A stretch of 62,923 nt of DNA, the filler included, from Syncephalis fuscata S228 (taxonomy: Eukaryota; Fungi; Zoopagomycota): NCBI GenBank assembly GCA_025786725.1. It is 5 parts of 5 records of this genome, joined end to end, with 100 filler letters (N's around TTAATTAATTAA, not from the genome) between each part and the next. Parts side by side here need not be neighbours in the genome. Positions count along the whole stretch, not along the records: positions 1 to 14,743 come from JAHLTZ010000226.1; positions 14,844 to 25,795 come from JAHLTZ010000288.1; 3 more parts are not named here. One strand, given 5' to 3'. The translations under genes and the position numbers were made by a program. Within the stretch, counting starts at the first letter, position 1. Each line of letters opens with the position of its first letter. Shown here one piece after another: positions 12,703 to 22,915 of this stretch. Under the pieces are notes generated by a model that saw nothing but the letters and a program-made list of their open reading frames with translations, was not told where the DNA came from and did not search any database.

Positions 12703-14743
12703 ATGCAATACGATCTACTTATGAAGACGGTGGTATAAGTGCTGTTTAAATACCAGCCTCTACTACAAGTTGTTATGGTGGTGCCAACAGCAGTAGAAGA
12801 CAAGCAGGCTTTATTAAATACAATGCGAAAAAGCACGACCAGAGAAGGAGAACGGGTGAGTCGTGAGCGCGTAAATCGATTTCGCGCGCAATTTCTTCAA
12901 TATGACGCGCCTCCGCCGCGTATTACAGCACCGTTAACTGAAACTATTACGCGACCTGCATCGCCAACCTTTGACGTAGCTTCAGTTGATAAACTATCAA
13001 ATAGTATTGGTAAGTAATAATTGGTTACTATTCATAGCTTTTACTAATATTTGTATTCATAGTGACGGAATCACCAACTAAGAAACGACTACCATCTACA
13101 TCGTCATTTCTACCATGTTATATTTTAAACGACGAACAGTCAATACCATGGCCATTAAAATCAGATACAACTGAATCTAACAATAAAATGGCACCCATTG
13201 AAGAATTCCCCCCAATAGAAGATATCCTATTAGGTGACCAGTTACATGAATGGACTACAACAATGTCACAACGACCATCAAATGATATTAGTGGCTCAAA
13301 TACTCATATTAGTACAAATTCAAATTCAACTATAAATACCATTGAGTTAATAGAAGATTCCATGTCAACTATTATTTCTACTGAACATCTATCGTCTCAA
13401 GAATATGCTCAAGCTATGATAGCTTCACCATCCACATCTAATGTGCAGTATCATCGGCTATTCAAGAAAGACATCAATATCCACTCCGTCAAAGAAAAGC
13501 CATATCTCTATTTCCATACACGCTCAACACATGGACCCGACATGATAATATACCAGTAGAACATACTGTTGATACAAGTATATTATATGAACCAATGCAG
13601 GATACACTGAAGAAGCGGCTAATTATCATGAATCAGAACACAACTTTATGCCACATGATAGTGAAACAGATACTATAGAACATTTACCATCAATACAAAG
13701 TTCTTCTAATCGTCGACCAAAAACAAGACGACAACCAACATCGCGCGTATTAATGGATAATTCCATTGATGAACAAGAGAATATACCATTAATGGAATTG
13801 CTCGTCGTCTTGTAGAACGAGCACAACAACAACAACAAGTAACAAAAAATTTATTACTAAATACTACTATAACAAAGACCAATAGTACATCTATATCACC
13901 AACACTATCGACACTATCACCATCACCATCACCATCTTCTAATGTACACTTTAGTAATGTTATTACGGTCTTATCAAGCGATGAAGAAGAATCTACAACA
14001 GCCAATTCAAATAATCGTCGAACAAAACGACGTATTCTTGAATCAAGTGAATCAGAAAACGAATTATTTGTATCAGACCAAGAAGAACAAATAGCAGTGC
14101 CTATTCGCTATAAAGTACCACGTAAAGTAACTGCTGGAGATCTTCGAGGAAAATTACCTGCTTCATTTATTAAAGTTAATCAATTAGATCAATGGCATCG
14201 ACGATCTACACCTGCTATGACATCTTTACACTCTAATAGAATAACACCGGTCAATACTTTTAATGAATCTGGATCTGAATTAATGCCACACACCTCACCA
14301 GTACTTCTTCCAATGGATGCACTTGATACTGTACATGAAGATGTATTTGCTAGAGATGAACCATTATCAGATCCTATTACAGCTCATCTTTCAATATCTA
14401 ATAATAACGAACATGATAACATGTCGTTAGATGAATCAATTGATCTATTAGATGATATGGAACAGCCATTGGATGATGTATCATCAAGTGATATGGAAGA
14501 CAATACCTTCCATCCTGGTTATTTTCCATTTAATAGCTCAATTACACGTAAATACACATTAAATACCAATAATAAGACTACAAGACCTTATCTCAGCCCA
14601 AACCATTAAATACACGACTTTTATCGCATTCTAAACAGCAATCAAATCCACAACCACTTTGTAAATCAACTGTAAAATATCCATCATATCAACGTAAAAA
14701 TACCACAAGTCATGTATCAACCAACAGAGCACGTAAAACATTT
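12703..14743 (+). CDS. N-terminal part of a possible Mus7/Mms22-like protein, with frameshifts, truncated by gap
   Basis: Motifs LRQRKAISLFPYT and LRGKLPASFIKV resemble fungal Mus7/Mms22 N-terminal motifs (from memory); intron ~13010-13062; frame changes near 13445, 13605, 13778, 14590. Start uncertain. Confidence 0.45.
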
Positions 14744-14843
14744 NNNNNNNNNNNNNNNNNNNNNNNNNNNNNNNNNNNNNNNNNNNNTTAATTAATTAAN
14801 NNNNNNNNNNNNNNNNNNNNNNNNNNNNNNNNNNNNNNNNNNN
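14744..14843. other. Assembly spacer (N44-TTAATTAATTAA-N44)
   Basis: Identical spacers at 25796-25895, 39711-39810, 54375-54474. Confidence 0.98.
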
Positions 14844-15251
14844 GAAAATGAGAGTTTTATATGGAAGATAACGCCAAATTTAACGACCGTTATAAAATAA
14901 TGCCATTAACTTTTAATGCTAATCCCAAAAAATCCTCAATGCTTGGAACAAGATAATTTGCATGCTAAACTATCTAAATGTAGCAATAATGAAAATCAAT
15001 ATTTTGCAATCAAGAAACAACAATGATTATTTTATATATGAAAAATAATCGTGTGTGTATTCATTTTGAGCACATATTATTTGCGTATTACGAATATAGG
15101 AATGGCGTATATTTTTTAGGCCTTTAATCAATTAAATTGAAATTTTAATTTATAAAATATAGTATCGAATGCCTACTCTTGCAAGCACTAGACAAATTTT
15201 AGAATCATTGGTTTAATCAGCAACTACATAAATATAAACACACCTAAGAAG

Positions 15252-15556
15252 GGGGAGGCGTGGTGGCCTAAACGGTCAACGCGTCTTCCCTAAAGTAGGA
15301 AAATGTTGGTTCGCCTAGTTCGAATCTTGTTTTTAGGAAATGCGTGATGGGATCCTTCCGTAGAAGAAATGGTCGATATTCCAACATGTGAGGAGAGCCA
15401 CCAACGGTTTTCAGTTGTAGATGGCAGGTTCCGCGTTGCGCGCGGATAGGTTCGAAAATGAACCGTCTATTCTCCTAGGGGTGGCAGACAAATGCTGCAG
15501 ATGCACGGTTAGGTCCTACGGACCGTTGTCTCACTTAAGCTAATAAATCTAAATCC
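15252..15556 (+). mobile_element. tRNA-derived SINE, family B
   Basis: GC-rich island; A box TGGCCTAAACGG, B box AGTTCGAATCT; (TAAATC)n tail; 22-bp TSD AAATATAAACACAC(C/T)TAAGAAG at 15230-15251 and 15557-15578. Confidence 0.85.
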
Positions 15557-15589
15557 AAATATAAACACACTTAAGAAGCTCAAGACGCG

Positions 15590-17328
15590 TTTACAAATAT
15601 TTGTTTGTACAAGCAATTAGCATTATAAAATATAGTGGCAATAAAGTATGATTCAGCTATCAAAGCTTATCAAGTTAATTTTATAAACGTAACTGCACTA
15701 TTATATAGACACTTTTGCAGTTTTATTCAATGCTATGTACAATGCTTTCTGTTTTCTGTGCATTATCTTGGTTTAATGTTGCTACTGTTTTGGCCGCATC
15801 AGCAACAACCAACTTTTCTATAAACGCAGTTTAGCTTAGCATAGCTATAATGATCTGCTATGGTTAAACCAGTAAGCCTTTGAGCTGTCAATTGTTTTCT
15901 ATTGGCTTCTGCTTTGGCTTGTTCCTCTATATTTCATCTTGCTTAACTTGTCAGAAGTGGTTTCAGAAATGTAAGCAGCACTTAGGCCTTAGATAATTAT
16001 CGGCTGATGTACAATCCACAGCCACTATGCACTCGAAATTGCTGATATTTGGCTAGAGTTTTCTGTTGTGTCTAGTTTAGTGTCTTCATATTGTATTGCG
16101 TGTAATTTATCCGATGCAATCTAGTTTACAGCTGAAAATTGATGACGAAAATGACATGTTGGAATGTTCCATTGCTCAAAAGGCTGTGATGCATCATGCT
16201 ACAAACAGTACTTATTGTATAGGCAGTTCAGATAATTTGGATTAGCCGCCATTTGAATGATGGTAGTTGCACAACATGTAGCATCATATGTCTGAATGTG
16301 ATGCATTTGTAAATTCAAAGCAATTACTACCCCATAGCAATGAGCATAGTGTCGAATGAAATGCATACATGTACCAATCAATATATTTTATAATTTAAAA
16401 AATTATAACTGGCTTATGTATGACAGTAAAAACCTGTATAAAATACCAGTTTGATATATTAAACTTGTTTTTGCATCAGTATTGTGTGTTATTTTGTATG
16501 CATGCAGATATTGAGGACTGAATCGGTAGAAATGGCAGCAAAGACATCATTATCGTTTTACAAAGCCAAATAATATACTTGTTTTTTACCAAATAGTTAG
16601 ACCATGTAACAAAAAATACAGGTTAATATGTCTATTTTTATCGCATATGTACTGGATTATGGACATTGTTACATCATTCGTGCAAATAACTAACAAATTG
16701 AAGTAAAGACCGGGCAGGTTATGCGCTATTTTGTATGTATGCAGATACTGCGGAACGAGTCATTCAGTGGAAGCAACAGAAAGACATCATTATCGTTTTT
16801 ACAAAGCCAAACAATATACTTGTTATTATCAAATAGTTGGACCGTGTAACAAAAAAAATACAGAATGATGTACATGTCTCTATTGCATATGCACTGGTCA
16901 TTGGAATTGCCGTGTCATTTGTGTAAATGCCGAGCAAATTGAAGTAAAGGCTGGACAGGTTTGAAATTAAGACCAGGCAGGTTAAAATCAAGGCTGGAAA
17001 GCATTCTATCATACTATGAACCTATTGGTACACACGTATCTCAAACTATTATTTGGATTGCTTTATTGGTTCATACTACACATCAATGGTATATCTCGTA
17101 TACTACAGTATACTAGCATTTCAGCATAGCCGTAAGTTTAAATAGCCCACAAAATATACACAACCAACTGCGATATCATCATCCCACTCTACTTCTTATT
17201 AAACACACTACTCTTCACTTTATACCAACAACACTCTACTTTTTGCTATACACACACTACCTTCCACTCTACACCAACCACACTCTACTATCTCTTTTAT
17301 TTGTTTGTCTCAACAAGTCAATATCACC
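15590..17328 (+). promoter_or_regulatory. Upstream block shared by the three microexon genes
   Basis: Alignable with reverse complements of 27083-~28490 and 46056-~47660; TATA-like box at 17137-17144 (TATAAATA at 27227-27220, TATAAAT at 46200-46194); internal duplication ~16480-16620/~16725-16860. Confidence 0.75.
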
Positions 17329-20300
17329 ATGAAGCTTTCCATTGCCGTCGTTTCCACCATTGTCGTTGCGCTTGTGGCCGTTACAACCATGGTGGATGCT
17401 AAACCAGCCTTAGTTCGTCGTGGTATGTTGCAATAACATAAATATGCCATAGTTTTATATTTACTAACAGCATTTTTAACTAATAATTATAATAGATCGT
17501 AAGTTATATTGTATGTTAACTAATTGCTCACTAATTATATATCATGTAACGTGCGCATCAACAAATAAATATCAATAGCTGGTAGGTTGCATTACATATT
17601 AACATCAATAAAACATATACTAATTATGTATCATGTATTGTATCGATCAACAAATCAATATTAGCAAATTGTAAGTTGTATTGTATATTAATTGGTTACT
17701 CACTAATTACATGCTATGCACCATGTGTATCAACAACTCAATACTAATAGGCGGTAAGCGATATTGTATATTAGTTGATTATAAATTAATTATATACCAT
17801 GTATTGTGTATATCACAACCTAATGCCATAGAGGGTAAGGTGTATTGCGTATTAATTAATTATGCGCTAATTATATATCATGTGCCGTGTATATCAACAA
17901 ATCAATACTAATAGCATGTAAGTGCTATTATATATTGACTGAGTATTGGCTAATTGTATATTATGTGCTGTGTGTATCAATAACTTGATATTAATAGGCG
18001 GTAAGTAGCATTGTATGTGCTGGCTTATAAATTAATTGTGCCATGCATTGTGTATCAATAACTGCTGTAATAGTTAGTAAGTAACACTGCATATTCACCG
18101 ACTATTCACTAATTATATATTATGTACTGTGCGTGTATCAACAATTTAATATTAATAGAAAGTAAGTAGCATCGCATATTAACTAATTACACACTAATTA
18201 TATCAATACTATGTGCATCAACAAATACTAATAGGATGTAAGTTATATTTTATATTAATTGACTATTGGCTAATTACATATTGTTTATTGCGTGTATCCA
18301 TAACTTAATATTAATAGGCTGTAAGTAGTAGCATATATTAACTGACTATATATTAATTGCTGTTTATCGATTGTACAATTATTTAATATTAATAGTTGGT
18401 AAGTGGTATTGTATATTAACTGAATATAAATTAACTATAATATTCATTAATTGCGCCAATTACTTAATATTAATAGCTAGTAAGTAGTATTGTATATTAA
18501 CTAACTATATATTAACTGTTATTTACTAATTGCGCCAATTACTTAATACTAATAGCGAGTAAGTGACATTGCATATTAATTAAAAATACATTAACTATGA
18601 TATTTACTGATTGTATTGATTATTTGATATTAATAGATCGTAAGTAGTATTGCATATTAACTGACTACCCACTAATTACATGCTATTTATTGATAATATC
18701 AATAATTTAATATTAATAGCCTGTAGGTGATATTGTATATTAACTAACTATATATTAACTGCTATTTACTGATTGTATCAATAATTTAATATTAATAGTC
18801 TGTAAGTGATACTGTATATTAGCTGACTATACATTAACCATGCTATTTATTGATTGCACTGGTTATTTAATATTAATAGGGAGTAAGTAATATTGTATAT
18901 TAACTGACTATACATTAACCATGCTATTTATTGATTGTATCAATTATTTAATATTAATAGAGAGTAAGTAGTATTGCATATTCCTTGACTGTACATTAAC
19001 TATACTACTTATTGATTGTACCAATTATTTAATATTAATAGCTTGTAAGTGATATTATATATTAATTAGCTATGCTATTTACTGATTGTACCAATTGCTT
19101 AATATTAATAGGGGGTAAGTGGTAGTGTATATTCCTTGACTGTACATTAACTATACTATTTACTGATAATGCCAATTATTTAACATTAATAGGGTGTAAG
19201 TGATATTGTATATTAATTAACTATACATTAACTATAATCTTTGTTAATTGTATCAATTATTTAATATTAATAGCTTGTAAGTGATATTATATATTAATTA
19301 GCTATGCTATTCACTGATTGTACCAATTATTTAATATTAATAGACTGTAAGTAATATTGTATATTATTTTATTTTATTTTGAAAAGCTTGTGAACCCCCC
19401 GCTGCGCATAATTAAAGAATTTGCGCTGCTTCCCACTATATTTGGGCTTTTCCAAACTTTTAACGGGTGGACTGCCACGTTTTTGCGCAAATCTGGTCCA
19501 TATAGATTTCACACGGGGTCATCTTCTTTTAAATGGTGCTACACAGCACTATTCCCTTGAATTTGATCCCAATTGTTTTTTTCCTCGACTACTCTAGCCA
19601 AGGTCTTATTTTTGGACCTACTTATTGGGTTCTGGTTTGCAATTTGTTAACTAGAGAAAACTGGAGGGAGGATTTTCCACTTAAGGATTGCTTCAAACTG
19701 AGGTTTGAATCCGAAGCCTTCAGCTTGGGAGACGCTGCCTTACCAACTGGGCTAGCAACGTCCCCCTCGTATTGTATATTAATTGACTATACATTAATTA
19801 TACTATTTACTAATTGTACCAATTGTTTAATATTAATAGGTCGTAAGTTGTATTGTGTATTAATTAACTATACACTAATCATGCTATTTACTGATGATAC
19901 CGTTTATTTAATATCAATAGGATGTAAGTAGTATTGTATATTAACTGACTATACATTAATTACAGTATTTACTGATTGTACTGATTATTTAATATTAATA
20001 GCTGGTAAGTAATATTGTATATTAATTGACTACACTAATCATGCTATTTACTGATGATACCGGTTATTTGATATTAATAGATTGTAAGTAGTATTGCATA
20101 TTAACTGACTACCCTCTAATTACATGCTATTTATCGATAATATTAATAATTTAATATTAATAGTCTGTAAGTGATATTGTATATTAATTGGCTATGTACT
20201 AATCACATGCTATTTACTGTATGCATTAATAATTTAATATAATAGGCAGTAAGTTGTATTGTGCATTAACTGAATATGCACTAACTCTATACCATGCGTT

Positions 20301-20653
20301 GTGTGTATCAATAACTTAATATAACAGAAGGTAAGTAATATTATAGGTTAGCGGACTATACACTAATTATATACCATGTACTGTATTCATCAACAAATCA
20401 ATATAACAGATTGTAAGTGATATTGTATATTAGTTGACTATGAGCTAATCACATGCTATTACTGTGTGTACCAATAACTTACTACTAATAGGGTGTAAGT
20501 TGTATTGCGTATTAACTGAATATGCACTAATTACATGTTATACGCCATGTGTATTAACAACTTAATATAATAGGCAGTAAGTAGTATTGTGTATTAATGG
20601 CTTATATATTAATTATATGACACATAATATTTTTATTTGTAAATACAGCATAA
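17329..20653 (+). CDS. Microexon-array secreted Cys-rich peptide precursor, locus 1 (36 exons, 67 aa)
   Basis: Exon 1 17329-17422 MKLSIAVVSTIVVALVAVTTMVDAKPALVRR+G; 33 3-nt exons and one 6-nt exon, each between AG and GT; last exon CA-TAA 20649-20653. Spliced mature part DPANCEACVKRCFATNPFWKTWGSYCRSDFCKDWCT. Confidence 0.9.
17499..20648 (+). repeat. Tandem array of ~80-bp intron+microexon units
   Basis: Consensus GTAAGTNNTATTGTATATTAACTGACTATACACTAAT...TTAATATTAATAG-NNN repeated 34 times. Confidence 0.95.
19367..19769 (-). mobile_element. tRNA-derived SINE, family A, in the intron after microexon 24
   Basis: Minus-strand A box TAGCCCAGTTGG and B box GGATTCAAACC; (AAAAT)n tail; 12-bp TSD TATTGTATATTA at 19355-19366 and 19770-19781. 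Confidence 0.88.
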
Positions 20654-21677
20654 TCGATGGTTTCAAGACATCAGCATTGGTAGTGCAATTGAACCACTAT
20701 TCCAATACACTTTAGGTATATATTCGGTGAAAAGCAAGACCATTTGACAACTACGCCGTCCAGTCTATTTATATATCAAGTTTTGGCCAATGCTCCGGTT
20801 TATCCAGTCTCTAATCAATGGAATCATTATTTTATCAACAAGCTTGCAATCAGTTGTCCTTATTCAACTGTGCAGACTTATAGTAATAAAACTATGGTTC
20901 CATCTTAACTATATACAATCAAATTGCTATATCTATAATCACGTTTTATTTACATCCAATAATTGACAACTATTAATCAACTAGTTAAATTAACAAAAGA
21001 TATTTGTCATTCAAACAGCAATTTTAAATGTAAATATTGTAGTGATACATATGACAATAAAATCGAATGCATTTATTTCCAAAGATATCATTGTAAATAA
21101 AATCACATCAAATGAGAATAATCTAATAATAAGATGAAGACCAATACTTTATTAAAAGATAGGTAATCGTGTGCGCACTCATATCGAGCACATATTATTC
21201 GCGTATTACGAATATAAAGTGGTGTATACCTTTAGACCTATATAGCTAGTAGCTAGGTATAACGTTATAATGCAGAGAGAAAGGATGGGTCAGATTATAG
21301 AAAGAGATTGATTGATAGAGCGAGAGAAATAAACGACCGAGGAACAAAGGAATAAGAGACAATTGGAAATAGTGAAAGATATAATGATATAAGTCATATT
21401 GGGCCATTTAAAAGGAAAACAACATGCAATTACACTGTTTTTTTGTGTTGCAACTAATGTTTAAGTAAACAATGACCAATGACATTTCAAAATTTGGTGC
21501 TCATAATAGTAAAAAGATGAAAAGACGTTTAAAATAATACTATCGACAATGATTCCCAATAGTAAAGTGTAATAAGGACTTGTAGACATGTCAATATTAA
21601 TGTTGGTTATAATATGGCATTATCGTCATCATTATCATAGCAATATTGTTTAAACAAAGCTTAACAAAACGAATAAC

Positions 21678-22915
21678 TCACTGCCATATCTGCTGACTGA
21701 TATTGCCACGAATATGGTTAAAAAAAGCGGTATCTCGTTGGATGCGATGCTGTTGACATATTTGATGCTCAGGCATAGGCGGTAATCGACCCATATCCAT
21801 ACTACGCATAGGTTCGGTAGTAGATATTTGAAGTTCTTGGAAGGAAGGTAGTACAGGAGAGAGCATATTAGACGAATCAGCATTACCGTTAAGTGCCATT
21901 GCTGTTGGCATTAATAGTAATAGTGCCGGCATTTGCATCGCCGGTGGTTGTGACACTTGTCTCGTCTGTAGACGAGAAAGTTGGTCTAGCTCATCGTGAT
22001 CATGATCGATATCCGGATTGCCAAGATTAGGAGCTGCTATGGTCGTAGTAGGTTGAAGGTTGGCCGGAGCAAATAGAGGTGCGCCTACAATAGACTCCGG
22101 GAACATTGGAAGGTCTATAAACAAAAATATTAATTATAAATAAACGCAAATAACAAATTAAATAGAAATGCAGATGTCGCCATTAAAGTTGGTTACATCA
22201 TACAAATATCAACGTTGATAAGATTATCAACATTCATACCAATACAATAATCTAAATAATCAAGTAACGTACCTTCCGTTGGTGAACCAAAAGCCTCGGG
22301 AGACCAAGAAAGATCAGGAAGAGAAGGTGACGTCTCTGGATTATTATAACCAGTATTATTGGCATCTATACTATTAGGATAACCAGCAGGAGCTAGTATG
22401 CTGTGATTGTTGTGATTAACAACACTTGCCATATTGGGCGTTGATGGCAGCACTAGTTGTTGTTGTTGTATGTGTGTCGGTGTTGGCATTAAGCCAATTG
22501 GAGATGCAAATCCGTTAGCTACACCAGCCATTGATGGTGACAAGCTAGCTGGAGAGTTTTGCTGCGATGACAGCGATTCTGGCGTTTGCACTCCAATTGG
22601 CTGTTGGACTTGGCCTTGCGTTTGCGTTATAAAGTGCTGCGGAACGGGCATAGGCGAGAAATACGACGCTGCCTCATCACCATCAGACTCTGGAGTGGGT
22701 GGCATCATTAAGGCATCGCTGTTTAGGCCAGCCGATGGCATGACCATGGATCCCATTAATGGGTCCTGCTCAGCAAACATTGGCTCAGAGTCTGGCAACT
22801 CTGGGAACCATTGTAGGCCGGAATCAGGGGCTGGATAGTCGGCGTCCAGCGCCTCAGGGAATAGAACATCGTCAAGCTCCGGTTCAAAAAAGTCCAGATC
22901 GGTTAAAGCAGCCAT
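21678..22915 (-). CDS. Pro/Gln/Ser-rich hypothetical protein, 359 aa, 2 exons
   Basis: Exons 22915-22273 and 22114-21678 join in frame through a GT-AG intron; no recognised domain. Confidence 0.75.

Noticed and set aside
13440-14600. Programmed frameshifting in the Mms22-like gene
   Set aside because: Four single-base shifts near a contig end with no slippery sites; sequencing error or decay is more likely.
19357-19931. ORFs 19357-19560, 19533-19931 and 25999-26265 as genes
   Set aside because: They run through the antisense strand of the SINE and are not conserved as frames between copies.
17499-20648. CRISPR array or plain minisatellite
   Set aside because: Eukaryotic context, no cas genes, variable part only 3 nt and always between AG and GT; the triplets splice into a coherent peptide.
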